This document shows positions 21,701 to 31,367 of a DNA stretch of 64,000 nt, one piece after another. The first letter of the stretch is position 1. Each line of letters starts with the position of its first letter. Location of the stretch: positions 148,343 through 212,342 of IMG/VR virus record IMGVR_UViG_3300046170_000378; one strand, given 5' to 3'. Position numbers and translations under genes: made by a program. The notes beneath the pieces were generated by a model, which saw only the letters and a list, made by a program, of their open reading frames with translations, was not told where the DNA came from and made no database searches.

Positions 21701-22613
21701 AAATGCCCTAGGCCACAACTACGATATATTTAGTTATGCTATACCCAAAATAGTAACCGCTGTAAATGGGTTCGAAGCTAAAAAGGGTAAAGCATTTATG
21801 AGTATTTTTGGTGGTGAATCAACACCGAAAACTTTAGTTCCTAAACTAATGATGTTAAAGGGACTTAGTACAGCATATGGTAAAATGTCATGGGCAATTC
21901 CAAAAATGACTGCAGCTATTAACAGTTTAGTAAAAGAACAAATGGATTCGTTTGTTAAAGTAATTGGAGGTAATGCTTGGAATCCTGCATTGGCAGGAGC
22001 CAAAATGGCATTATTTATGACAGTTGGTACCACATTTGGTATAATGGGTAATTCTATTCCAAAAATTACAGCAGCTATCAATGGTTTAAATCAAGTCAAC
22101 GCAGTGACTATGAAGGAAATGTTCATTGGTCCTGTAAGCTACCTAAGACCTATCGCAGGATACCGAGCTCAAGCTGAATTGTGGAATGCTATCGGCAGAA
22201 ACATGACTGCTAACTCTTCTGCATTCCCTAAAGTTGCTGAATCTATTAATTCAATGGATCTTACTAAACTTAAAGAATCCAGACAAATGTTTGAAGCACT
22301 TGCGGTTCTTGCAAGCGGAGATAGTCCAGATGATATACTTGCTGCAATGGGAGAATCTTTAGAAGATGCATTACAGAATTTAGCAGATATGATTGAGCAA
22401 TTTAAAACTTCGGTCGGTGAAGGTAATGCAGAAAATGCAAGTATTCTTGAAAAAGCAGCAGGTGGCATCGGTGGTGCCATTGGTGCATTTAAAGATGGAA
22501 TCACCGGTGGTGGTGGCGGAGACTCTGCTCAAGTAGTTGCAGCCGTTAATACATTAACTAAAGTATTAGTTAGAAGTGGTGTTAAGATTAGTAATATTGA
22601 CGACTTAGTCTAA
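18729..22613 (+). CDS. Tape-measure-like protein, 3 apparent +1 indels
   Basis: A/G/I/L/M-rich amphipathic sequence with internal ~100-aa repeats (MVGSLAVPF..SNPVA.GISSV.GMG.ALTGIA). ORFs 18729, 18943 and 19212 merge after removing bases at ~18907, 19121 and 19173. Confidence 0.75.
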
Positions 22614-22672
22614 TAAATAATTTATTTTGAAACCTTTTATACACGACGCGGTATAACTACTAAACAAAATAA

Positions 22673-22969
22673 ATGAGAACATCAACAACTTCACATTATA
22701 ATAGTTCTACTTTAACATCAGCTGAATATGATTTTAAAGAAAAGACATTAATTGTAAATTTTAACCATGCTAGTTACATGTATGAGGGTGTAGAGCCTGC
22801 AGACTTTAATGCCTTTGATCAAGCCGATTCTCAAGGTAAAGCACTAAACGAATTTATTAAAGGTAAATACGAGTATGATAAATTAGTTGATGAGAATATA
22901 GATACTAAATATCCAAAGGGTAGTCTATTAAATGAATTACCACCCGCGGATTATCAACTAGATAATTAA
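22673..22969 (+). CDS. KTSC domain protein
   Basis: SS.LTSAEYD..EKTLIVNF...Y.YEGV....F.AF..ADSQGK.LN..IKGKY. Confidence 0.8.
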   Translation: MRTSTTSHYNSSTLTSAEYDFKEKTLIVNFNHASYMYEGVEPADFNAFDQADSQGKALNEFIKGKYEYDKLVDENIDTKYPKGSLLNELPPADYQLDN

Positions 22970-22980
22970 TATATCAAATC

Positions 22981-23172
22981 ATGACAAAAGCAAGCATTGT
23001 ACAGAGATTGCTAGATGAAAAAAGAATTACAGCAGAAGAAGCGGTAATTTTGTTACAGTCAGAAACTGTAAATATTCCAATGTATACACCTAATCCTTAT
23101 TACACTAGACCAGATTGGTCATCACCACCACCAGTTTGGTGCGAAGATAACACAACAAGTAACATCGATTAA
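22981..23172 (+). CDS. Hypothetical protein
   Basis: ORF track. Confidence 0.6.
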   Translation: MTKASIVQRLLDEKRITAEEAVILLQSETVNIPMYTPNPYYTRPDWSSPPPVWCEDNTTSNID

Positions 23173-23183
23173 ACTATTTACTA

Positions 23184-23342
23184 ATGAAGAAGCGTAAACT
23201 ATCGCGTGAGGATATTAATCCCGAAGATCGTAAACGTAAACTCAACTTTAAAAAGAAGAGACAACGTAATCAAGAACCAACTTTTGACCACCGTAGAGTT
23301 AGAAGTTTAAAAGATTTAGATGACTATGAAGAAGAATTCTAA
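23184..23342 (+). CDS. Small basic hypothetical protein (52 aa)
   Basis: Manually read ATG-TAA frame. Confidence 0.5.
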   Translation: MKKRKLSREDINPEDRKRKLNFKKKRQRNQEPTFDHRRVRSLKDLDDYEEEF

Positions 23343-23429
23343 ATGGAATTGGACCATGATAATCACATGGTCTATTCTTATGACAATATCATATGCACTT
23401 TGGTCAACAATATTTAAAGCTGTTCTAAC

Positions 23430-23636
23430 ATGAATGGATATTATATAAGTGATGAGTATAGAACTAATTCAAAAAGTCTTGTTCCAGGAGGATGGGATGT
23501 TGAAGTAGAATTTCACAACAATGAAAAGAGAATTTACTCAAACATTAAAAACACAGAAGCATACGCTAAGCATATATTGGCAAATGATAAAAATGTGAAA
23601 TCAGTAACAGTAATCGGAGAAAGTAAGACGCAATGA
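23430..23636 (+). CDS. Hypothetical protein
   Basis: ORF track; ATGA overlap with next gene. Confidence 0.6.
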   Translation: MNGYYISDEYRTNSKSLVPGGWDVEVEFHNNEKRIYSNIKNTEAYAKHILANDKNVKSVTVIGESKTQ

Positions 23637-23842
23637 AAGAAGAAGATTTTATACACAGACACATTGAGAGCATATTAGATGTTCCTGGTGATCTTAGTTC
23701 TGGAATCAACGGTTGTATACTCGCAACTGCATTCGACAGAGCATGTAATATCCTAGAAGCTAATGGATCTAAAAAACCCAGAGTCGTGCAAGTAATAGAT
23801 GATCCAGAGTGCGAACTCACATATTTGGTAGAAAATGAATGA
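23633..23842 (+). CDS. Hypothetical protein
   Basis: ORF track; translational coupling. Confidence 0.6.
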   Translation: MKEEDFIHRHIESILDVPGDLSSGINGCILATAFDRACNILEANGSKKPRVVQVIDDPECELTYLVENE

Positions 23843-23907
23843 CGATATGATATTTTGGGACGATATGTGGAACATGTCGGATAAAAAATTAAAAAAAATA
23901 ACAAAAC

Positions 23908-24240
23908 ATGAAGATACTTCAGAAGATAGCGTGGAAGACACGCAAGTGGAACCTAAAGATTAACCTATTTGATTTATTCCTCCATGATGGCGATGGCTGT
24001 TGGGGATTTGTTTTGTTTGAAATAGTACATAATTTCGAAACAAAGTCATTGTTGGCTTTTGAGTTTAGATTACCAAACGGAGGCAATGTTAAAGAATTCA
24101 CCATTGATAACTGGGATTTCTTATTCGTTAGAAGTTATATGTATAAGCAATGGGCAAAGTTAGACGACAGAAAGATGTGGTCTGGACCTCTTTCTAGATG
24201 GGATGAGATTAAATTGAAGGTGCTTGAGAAAATACTTTGA
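23908..24240 (+). CDS. Hypothetical protein
   Basis: ORF track. Confidence 0.6.
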   Translation: MKILQKIAWKTRKWNLKINLFDLFLHDGDGCWGFVLFEIVHNFETKSLLAFEFRLPNGGNVKEFTIDNWDFLFVRSYMYKQWAKLDDRKMWSGPLSRWDEIKLKVLEKIL

Positions 24241-24335
24241 TTTTTTTTGAAAATAGTTTAGCCCAGATTTTTTTATGTCAAAAGAATTTGGTATATTAGT
24301 AGAGTAATTAATAGTTAAACTAAAAAAAACAAATT

Positions 24336-24710
24336 ATGCCTTACATTAGTAAAGAACAAGTAAAAGAAAAAAGAAAAGCTCTTAAAGCTGCACTTCCGCA
24401 GTACAAATTATCTATTACCACTGAGCATTATAGCGGTATCAAAGTTGCCATTATGGAAGGACCTACAGATTTTGGGTCTACATACGAGCAGCTTAATCAT
24501 TTTCACGATTACAGAGAAGAAAGATGGAATAGAGACACCGAACAGTATGAATCTAATCCACAAATAGCAGACGTTATGGATGTTATTATGCCTATTTTAA
24601 ACGAGGGCAAAGGTGAAGGATTTGAAGACAGTGATTATGGACATGTGCCGTCATATTACACTTGGGTACATATCGGTAAATGGGACAAACCATATACTAT
24701 TAAAAAATAA
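24336..24710 (+). CDS. Early hypothetical protein (possibly LPD29-like)
   Basis: Follows early motif at 24276-24299; the family guess is weak. Confidence 0.55.
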   Translation: MPYISKEQVKEKRKALKAALPQYKLSITTEHYSGIKVAIMEGPTDFGSTYEQLNHFHDYREERWNRDTEQYESNPQIADVMDVIMPILNEGKGEGFEDSDYGHVPSYYTWVHIGKWDKPYTIKK

Positions 24711-24877
24711 TGAAAAACGAAAAGTTTTTGGAAGCTGTAAATATTTTTGGTAAAGATGTGGTTGACGAGGTTATTGCCATCGTCAATCTCTCTGATCCAG
24801 ATACTGCAGCAATTCAATTTGAAGACGATGATCTAGAGGATCATGTAGCATGTGTAGAATTTATATACTTTAGTTAA
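24710..24877 (+). CDS. Small hypothetical protein
   Basis: TAATG overlap; manually read. Confidence 0.5.
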   Translation: MKNEKFLEAVNIFGKDVVDEVIAIVNLSDPDTAAIQFEDDDLEDHVACVEFIYFS

Positions 24878-25022
24878 TATGAAAAAAATCAAAACAATTA
24901 TTAGAAAAATAGAAGCAACCGACATCTTTTTGATTACGGCATTCGGCTTGTATTTAACTCTTTTAATTTCAAATCTTTTGAAAATGATGTAAATTTTCCA
25001 GAAAGTATGTAATTATACTTAT

Positions 25023-25214
25023 ATGGAAAACAAAATCAAAACACCAATCGTAGAATTAATTGAGCAATTTGAGTCAGAGCTACATCACAGTAGCACTCGT
25101 CAAGGATTACAATATGCGATTGAAATTTCTAAGCGAATGCTTAAGAAAGAACAGAAGATAATGTGCTGGTTTGCTCAAGAGTGGCACGAAATGAAAATTA
25201 AAACAGAATACTAA
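25023..25214 (+). CDS. Hypothetical protein
   Basis: ORF track. Confidence 0.55.
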   Translation: MENKIKTPIVELIEQFESELHHSSTRQGLQYAIEISKRMLKKEQKIMCWFAQEWHEMKIKTEY

Positions 25215-25639
25215 TGCAAGAATTATTTAAAGAAAGAGTTAATTATAACAAATTAGGTGGCAAAGAGCAAGAGGTTTATAATTTTGCTAAAACAGCAGCA
25301 GTACTAGTAGAATATGGATTTGCGTGTTCTCAGATCACAGCAGATAAGCATGGTGCAGACATGATTGCATATCATATAGATACAGCTACTCCATATTCTA
25401 TTCAGCTAAAAGGCTCCAGGGCTACACTGGATCGTAAGTATTCTGGTAAAAACATTTGGATTGCATATACAGATCGTAAAACAAATGAGCTTTGTATTTA
25501 TAATCATGATCAAGCTGCAGAGATATTTGAAAAAACCAAATCAGGTCAATGTGACACATGGAAAAACAAAGGATGGTATAGTGGAATGAGTATGCATAAA
25601 CATTTTGAAGAAATTATTACTCGTTTAAAAATAAATTGA
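25214..25639 (+). CDS. PD-(D/E)XK nuclease-like protein
   Basis: GADMIAY....YSIQLKG fits the D..(Q/E)xK pattern. Confidence 0.5.
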   Translation: MQELFKERVNYNKLGGKEQEVYNFAKTAAVLVEYGFACSQITADKHGADMIAYHIDTATPYSIQLKGSRATLDRKYSGKNIWIAYTDRKTNELCIYNHDQAAEIFEKTKSGQCDTWKNKGWYSGMSMHKHFEEIITRLKIN

Positions 25640-25712
25640 AAATAATTAGTCCCAGATTTTTTTATGTCAATTATTTGTGGTATATTAGTATTGTATTTAA
25701 AAGCTAAAAGAT

Positions 25713-25943
25713 ATGACAATTAAACAATTTTACTTAGAGAACTATCCAAGCGATGATTTGGGTACTGAGATCGATGAAAGCGCAACTTTTGCAGGTTTGC
25801 TAAATAATATAATTACAGCCAACGACGTGTATTCATATATTGGTGTAGGTGATAGTATTATTAGAGAAAGATTATTTTCTAAATTAGCAGAACAATTAAA
25901 CACAAGTTACGATTACGTTTATAATTTATGGTTAAAAAAATAA
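25713..25943 (+). CDS. Early hypothetical protein
   Basis: Follows early motif at 25665-25688. Confidence 0.65.
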   Translation: MTIKQFYLENYPSDDLGTEIDESATFAGLLNNIITANDVYSYIGVGDSIIRERLFSKLAEQLNTSYDYVYNLWLKK

Positions 25944-27238
25944 AAGACATGACAGATTTTCAACTTATTGCAGATTTCGTTGAAGCATCAAATGCTACGA
26001 ACTCTAATTCAGATAAACTAGAAGTTATCAAAGAATATACTCAGTATGATATTGTGTGTAAGGCACTTAATTATACTTACGACACATTTAAACAATATGG
26101 CGTAACTTCTGCTAATTGTAAGAAAAATTCAGATTTGGTAAGTCCTTACCACCAATTTGAAGACTTTTTCTTGTTGTTAGATTATCTAAACGATAGAACT
26201 CTTACGGGCCACGATGCAATTAAATCAGTTAACCGATATGTGTCAGATAATCCGCTTTATGCAGATCTTATTTGGAATATTATCGATCGTAACTTGAAGA
26301 CTAGATCTACTGCATCTATGATCAATAAAGTAAAACCTGGCCTAATTCCTACATTTGATGTGGCACTCGCTCAAGCATATGACGAGAAGACTAAGAAAAA
26401 GGTAGATTGGAATGATGGTTGGTATGCAAGTCGTAAACTTGATGGAGTTAGGTGTCTTGGTGTTATTGATGATAAAGGTAAAGTTAAATTTTACTCAAGA
26501 CAAGGTAAAGAGTTTTTGACTCTTGACAATCTTAAGCCATCGATTGAGAAGCTTGGCCTAACTAACATGGTTTTTGACGGAGAAGTTTGTGTAGTAGATG
26601 AAAATGGTAATGAAGATTTTCAAGGTATTATTAAAGAGATCAAACGAAAAGATCATACTATTGAAAAGCCATTCTATTATATCTTTGATTTATTGACTTC
26701 TAAAGATTTTGCAGATAAAGAATCTATCACTACACTTTCTGAAAGACTTGAAACTGCAAGAGCATATGTAATGAATGACGATTACATTGGAGTTTTAAAA
26801 CAAATTTTGGCAGATGACATGGTAATGGAAACTATGATGGAAAAGTCAAAGCGTGAAGGTTGGGAAGGTCTTATGTTGCGTAAAGATACAACTTACAAAG
26901 GTAAGCGTTCTAATGATGTTCTTAAAGTTAAGAAATTCTTTGATGATGAGTATGTAGTTGTCGATCTAGAAAACGATACACATCGTGTTATTGTCGATGG
27001 CACAGAGGTTGAAGAAGTAATGTTGAAGAATGTTATTATTGAACACAAAGGAAATCGCGTACAAGTCGGCAGTGGCTTTAATCATGAGCAGCGTAGATAC
27101 TATTTCCAAAATCCTAATCAGATTTTAGGAAAACAAATCACAGTTCAATACTTTGAAGAAACAACAAATATGAATGGAACTCACTCACTAAGATTTCCAG
27201 TAATTAAAGCGGTGTATGAAACACCAAGAGACATTTAA
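25928..27238 (+). CDS. lig: ATP-dependent DNA ligase
   Basis: SRKLDGVRC (motif I), FDGEV, YIFDLL, EGLMLRK, LKVKKF, VGSGF, LRFPV. Confidence 0.95.
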   Translation: MVKKIKDMTDFQLIADFVEASNATNSNSDKLEVIKEYTQYDIVCKALNYTYDTFKQYGVTSANCKKNSDLVSPYHQFEDFFLLLDYLNDRTLTGHDAIKSVNRYVSDNPLYADLIWNIIDRNLKTRSTASMINKVKPGLIPTFDVALAQAYDEKTKKKVDWNDGWYASRKLDGVRCLGVIDDKGKVKFYSRQGKEFLTLDNLKPSIEKLGLTNMVFDGEVCVVDENGNEDFQGIIKEIKRKDHTIEKPFYYIFDLLTSKDFADKESITTLSERLETARAYVMNDDYIGVLKQILADDMVMETMMEKSKREGWEGLMLRKDTTYKGKRSNDVLKVKKFFDDEYVVVDLENDTHRVIVDGTEVEEVMLKNVIIEHKGNRVQVGSGFNHEQRRYYFQNPNQILGKQITVQYFEETTNMNGTHSLRFPVIKAVYETPRDI

Positions 27239-27249
27239 ATATAAATAAT

Positions 27250-27474
27250 ATGAGATATACAGTAACTTACGAGGTTTACATTGAAGGCGACAATGACAAA
27301 CATGCCCTTTCTAAGGCAGAACTAATAGCCAAAAATCAAAACGCATTACATCCGAGTCAAAGATGGGATGTACATAAACTACATATCACTCCATTTGCAT
27401 CATTAAATGTAAAAGAAGTCGATATTGATGCTATTAGAACAGAAAAATTACTAAAAGAAGATTTACCATTTTAA
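27250..27474 (+). CDS. Hypothetical protein
   Basis: ORF track. Confidence 0.6.
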   Translation: MRYTVTYEVYIEGDNDKHALSKAELIAKNQNALHPSQRWDVHKLHITPFASLNVKEVDIDAIRTEKLLKEDLPF

Positions 27475-27476
27475 TT

Positions 27477-28331
27477 ATGCCAGAATTAGCCGAACTTAAA
27501 TTAACATCAGATTACGTAAATAATTGCTCAGAAGGAGTAACATATGCTCGCGTAGAAAAGAATCCCCAACACAAAGGTAAGGAGCTAGATATTCCATTTA
27601 AATATTTCAGGCTTAAATCAGAAAGTAAAGGTAAAGAAATTGTACTAACTATTAAAGATGAAGATAGCAAAGATTTTATTCCTATTCGTATTACTATGGG
27701 AATGTCAGGTCATTTTCAACTAACAAATACTGGCCAAGAGCCAAAGCACGCACACCTTAAGTTCCATCGAAAAGACGGCACTACACTATCGTTTGTAGAT
27801 GTACGTAGATTTGGTAAATGGACACAAGGTGTTGCATGGAACGAGGACAGAGGACCAGATCCAACGTCAGATTTCGATGCCTTCTTTTTGAATATTATGA
27901 CTAATCTTACTAAAAGAACATTTCGTAAGCCACTTTATGAAGTTCTTATGGACCAAAAATGGTTTAATGGGATTGGTAATTATCTAAGAGCTGAAATTAT
28001 ATTTAGAGCAGAGAATGTTGATCCATTTCTCCCAGCATCTCAGCAAATTGCTAAGTACCCAAAGATCTTGGAACTATGTAGAGATATTCCGATGTTGGCG
28101 TATGCCAAAGGAGGCGGAAGTATTCGAGACTGGGACAATCCATTTGGATCTGATGCCATCCAAGAAAAATTTATGCTCTGTTATGGAAACAAAACGATGG
28201 ATACTCGTATAGATCCTAAGGGACGTAGATTTTGGTATGATCCTAAATGGAACGCACCGATGCACAGAGACGATTTAAAAGATTGGGATTATTATAGCGG
28301 CTTACCAAGTCCTTCAGCATATAAATCATAA
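27477..28331 (+). CDS. nei: Fpg/Nei DNA glycosylase/AP lyase, NEIL1-like
   Basis: N-terminal MPE, GMSG, HAHL, FVDVRRFGKW, H2TH motif LMDQKWFNGIGNYLRAEI, zincless finger CYG..M...D..GRRFW. Confidence 0.9.
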   Translation: MPELAELKLTSDYVNNCSEGVTYARVEKNPQHKGKELDIPFKYFRLKSESKGKEIVLTIKDEDSKDFIPIRITMGMSGHFQLTNTGQEPKHAHLKFHRKDGTTLSFVDVRRFGKWTQGVAWNEDRGPDPTSDFDAFFLNIMTNLTKRTFRKPLYEVLMDQKWFNGIGNYLRAEIIFRAENVDPFLPASQQIAKYPKILELCRDIPMLAYAKGGGSIRDWDNPFGSDAIQEKFMLCYGNKTMDTRIDPKGRRFWYDPKWNAPMHRDDLKDWDYYSGLPSPSAYKS

Positions 28332-28336
28332 ATAAA

Positions 28337-28588
28337 TTGATAATGAGAAACACAGTTAAATTACCACAGCCACAAAAGGATATTATTGTAAAAGCCTTAC
28401 AAGTTTATCAAACAGCATTAAGAACGTTAGAAGATAAAACTGATGATCAAGAATTTACTGACTTTGATATTACTGCTTTAACTGGAATGTTTAAGGACAT
28501 TGATGTTGATATAAGAATTGAATTAGATGAAGAGGTACACAACTCATTTGTACACCGTCATGGTGTAGATTTTCCAATGTATGTTTAA
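28337..28588 (+). CDS. Hypothetical protein
   Basis: ORF track. Confidence 0.6.
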   Translation: MIMRNTVKLPQPQKDIIVKALQVYQTALRTLEDKTDDQEFTDFDITALTGMFKDIDVDIRIELDEEVHNSFVHRHGVDFPMYV

Positions 28589-28599
28589 CACCAAAGACA

Positions 28600-28749
28600 A
28601 TGGGTAATTACTTAAAGCAAGGATTTGTAAGAGAGTTGGAATGGAAACTCAACAGAGAAGAAATCTCTTACTCTAAAATGGTAGAGTTGATGGAAGAAGA
28701 ATGCATAAAGAACTATAATGCAGAAACCTTTAAAACCAAAGAGAGATGA
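28600..28749 (+). CDS. Small hypothetical protein ending FKTKER
   Basis: Manually read between junction repeats. Confidence 0.5.
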   Translation: MGNYLKQGFVRELEWKLNREEISYSKMVELMEEECIKNYNAETFKTKER

Positions 28750-28904
28750 GACCATTAGACAATGTTCAAATGATTGAAGTCAAAGAAGGGGTAGTAACCA
28801 TCACTTATAAAGATGGTACAACACTTACCACTAAAGAGGATATTACACTTGGACTTGGGTATAAGAATGAGAATGATATACCATTAAATGACCATTGTCT
28901 TTAA
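28746..28904 (+). CDS. Small hypothetical protein
   Basis: Manually read between junction repeats. Confidence 0.5.
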   Translation: MRPLDNVQMIEVKEGVVTITYKDGTTLTTKEDITLGLGYKNENDIPLNDHCL

Positions 28905-28916
28905 CACCAAAGAGAA

Positions 28917-29201
28917 ATGAGTGAAGTAAATCCAAATTACAATCCACAAGCAGATTTTGACAACTTTGGTGAAGAGATGGAACACATCGTTAAGACAACA
29001 CCTAAAGAGGTGCTAAAAAAGGAGTGGGATAAAGTATTAGCAGAATATGGTACTGATACACACGACAAGATTCTATCTATGACTGATGACTTTGTTCAGT
29101 CTAATCGTAGTGAAGGACAAACCTATGCTCATTATCACTATGATATGATGGCAGACTTTGCTCTACATATATTAGAAACCTTTAACACCAAAGAGAGATG
29201 A
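28917..29201 (+). CDS. Hypothetical protein ending FNTKER
   Basis: ORF track. Confidence 0.6.
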   Translation: MSEVNPNYNPQADFDNFGEEMEHIVKTTPKEVLKKEWDKVLAEYGTDTHDKILSMTDDFVQSNRSEGQTYAHYHYDMMADFALHILETFNTKER

Positions 29202-29277
29202 AAGAAGAAAGAATTTATACAATAATTAATATTCTTACAGTGATTGGATTTTTTACTCTAATGATACTAGGATCAAA

Positions 29278-29517
29278 ATGACAGAAGAACAAATTGATAG
29301 AATTATAGAAATGGCTTGGGAGGATAGAACTCCATTTGAAGCGATAGAATTCCAATTTGGTCTTAAAGAGAATGATGTTAGGAAGCTAATGAGGAAACAC
29401 ATGAAAGAATCCTCGTTTAAAATGTGGAGAGAAAGAGTTAAAGGCAGAAAAACAAAACATGCCAAAAATAGCGAAGGTACCAGATTTAAAAGCAAGAATC
29501 AAAAAGCAAATAGATGA
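29278..29517 (+). CDS. TIGR03643/DUF2805 family protein
   Basis: IIEMAWEDRTPFEAIEFQFGL.E..V..LMR...K.SSF..WR.RV.GRKTKH. Confidence 0.8.
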   Translation: MTEEQIDRIIEMAWEDRTPFEAIEFQFGLKENDVRKLMRKHMKESSFKMWRERVKGRKTKHAKNSEGTRFKSKNQKANR

Positions 29518-30137
29518 AAAAATTAGAAAGAATGCAGAACTTGATTGTAGTTGGTCATCCAGATCAAAAATCATTCTGTTACGATGGGATCTTTAAAACA
29601 ATTCAAGAGACGTTATTGTCGCAAGATGGATATTTAAATGAGATCGAAGTAATTGATCTTTACAGAGATGATTTCTCTCAGCCGAGAACAGATCTTATTA
29701 AGAAATATCAAGAACTAGTGACATGGGCAGACAGAATCTATTTTGTATCTCCTGTTTGGTGGTTTAGACTTACACCAAGAACAGAAATCTTTTTTGATGA
29801 GGTGATGACACCTGGTTTTGCATATAAATTTATACCTCTTTTTGGTAACTATGCATATCCTAAGCCATTCTTAAGTGATAAAAAGGTAAGAACGTACATT
29901 ACTCACGGTGCTCCTGCGCTTCCGGTAAAAACACTCTATTTGAACTCAGTTAAACTAAGATTAGTAATGGGAGTATTTACATTTGTGTTCGGATGGAACA
30001 TTTCTAGATGGCTAAAAACTAAACAATTTTGGGCAGTACCATTTGTAAGTGCAGAAAAAAGAGCTAAATATTTAGAAACAGTTAAGAAAGACATCATAAA
30101 AGATATTAAGAAACATCAAATAAAACAAGTAAAATGA
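29514..30137 (+). CDS. Flavodoxin-fold NAD(P)H:quinone oxidoreductase family protein
   Basis: VVGHPDQKSF, WADRIYFVSPVWW, EVMTPGFAY, THGAP. Confidence 0.82.
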   Translation: MKKLERMQNLIVVGHPDQKSFCYDGIFKTIQETLLSQDGYLNEIEVIDLYRDDFSQPRTDLIKKYQELVTWADRIYFVSPVWWFRLTPRTEIFFDEVMTPGFAYKFIPLFGNYAYPKPFLSDKKVRTYITHGAPALPVKTLYLNSVKLRLVMGVFTFVFGWNISRWLKTKQFWAVPFVSAEKRAKYLETVKKDIIKDIKKHQIKQVK

Positions 30138-30313
30138 AAAAGATTAACAAATTCTTTCAGAGCTGGTATCCAGTGATCTTCGCGTTTATGTGTCTACTCT
30201 ATTCAGTAGGTTTGGGATTAGCTGGTCATACAGAAGAGGCCCAATACTCAGCACATTGGCCAGGAACTATCCTCCTTTTTGCGATAGCAATCAGACAAAG
30301 ACGCACATCATGA
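30134..30313 (+). CDS. Small membrane protein
   Basis: Manually read, two hydrophobic stretches, ATGA overlaps at both ends. Confidence 0.55.
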   Translation: MKKINKFFQSWYPVIFAFMCLLYSVGLGLAGHTEEAQYSAHWPGTILLFAIAIRQRRTS

Positions 30314-30588
30314 GTCCAACGTTTTTTCTAGTAGGTGGAATTATTTTCGCAGCTTACATGTATTTTACTATATGGAACATATTCTATAGTTCAAGAAAAA
30401 GCAGAGAAGAAAACTACCCTACTGTGAATAGAGTATCAGATGAAGTGGATATGGATGGCATGGGAAACTTTAGTAGGTTTCCTTCTACTGAACCAGCTCC
30501 CAGAAAAAGAAATAAAAAGAGTAAGAAAAGATCAATTAACGAGATTAGACAAGTTAAAGATTCTGTTTACAAAGCACCTGTAAAATAA
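30310..30588 (+). CDS. Hypothetical membrane-anchored protein
   Basis: Likely start MSPTFF at 30310 rather than the 30190 start in the track. Confidence 0.55.
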   Translation: MSPTFFLVGGIIFAAYMYFTIWNIFYSSRKSREENYPTVNRVSDEVDMDGMGNFSRFPSTEPAPRKRNKKSKKRSINEIRQVKDSVYKAPVK

Positions 30589-31347
30589 ATGAAGTTCGAC
30601 AAGATCTACGTATTAGCAATAAATCATACACAAGAGAAAATTGATTCTATTGTAAAAAAATTATCTGCATTAGAAACAGATGGTGTAACTAACTATGAGA
30701 TTTTGGTCGGACACAATGGTTGGCAAGAAGAGCTACCTGAAGGTGCAAAAATATATGAGAATTGGGGTCAACCTGAAAGTTGGAATGATTTTTGGAAAAA
30801 GGATGTTCAACCCGGAGAAGTTGGCTGTACATTAAGTCACATCTCCGCTTGGAATAAAATAGTAGAAGACGGAGTTTCAAGAGCATTAATTCTAGAAGAG
30901 GACTTTGTACCCAAATTACCACTTTTAGAATTGCCAGAACCCGATGAGAATTGGCCATATAAATGGGACTATCTAAATCTAGGCCGATATATTTTTAATA
31001 AGGAAAATGACATCATGATCAACGATGCATATTGTATCCCATCTTTACACTATAACATGCACGCATATGTGCTGACCAACATAGGAGCTCAAAAATTAGT
31101 AGATTATAATTTACAAAAAAATATATTCATTAATGACGAGTTTATAACGGCGACATATATGAATCACAGGAGATCAGATATAGAAGAATTATATCCAATT
31201 AAAAATATTAATGCATTAGCAACAAACAAAAATTGGATAGGTCAAAACTCTAACGCAGAAACTACAATGGTGAGTGGACACACTAAAACATTTGAAAATC
31301 CAAATAGAGAAAGCCTGTTAAAGGCAAACGAAAAAGAAACAAAATAA
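30589..31347 (+). CDS. Glycosyltransferase family 25
   Basis: GEVGCTLSH..AW..IV...ALILEEDF, WDYLNLGR, HAYVLT..GAQKL. Confidence 0.85.
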   Translation: MKFDKIYVLAINHTQEKIDSIVKKLSALETDGVTNYEILVGHNGWQEELPEGAKIYENWGQPESWNDFWKKDVQPGEVGCTLSHISAWNKIVEDGVSRALILEEDFVPKLPLLELPEPDENWPYKWDYLNLGRYIFNKENDIMINDAYCIPSLHYNMHAYVLTNIGAQKLVDYNLQKNIFINDEFITATYMNHRRSDIEELYPIKNINALATNKNWIGQNSNAETTMVSGHTKTFENPNRESLLKANEKETK

Positions 31348-31367
31348 ACACATTACGTATAAGTTAT

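Larger units (their letters stand above)
28584..29200 (+). repeat. Dispersed 19-20 bp gene-junction repeat TTTAA(C/A)ACCAAAGA(G/C)A(G/A)ATG x4
   Basis: Copies at 28584, 28729, 28900 and 29181, each ending in the next start codon. Confidence 0.85.

Noticed and set aside
19508-22504. Multiple minus-strand ORFs within the tape-measure gene
   Set aside because: Antisense shadows of a hydrophobic, codon-biased gene
5459-22613. Clamp loader, terminase, sheath and tape measure as pseudogenes or as intron/intein-split genes
   Set aside because: Each break is fixed by deleting one base in the same context, with no intervening sequence; these genes are essential
30190-30309. 5' extension of ORF 30190-30588
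   Set aside because: Overlaps a better 59-aa membrane ORF (30134-30313); the ATGA overlap supports a start at 30310
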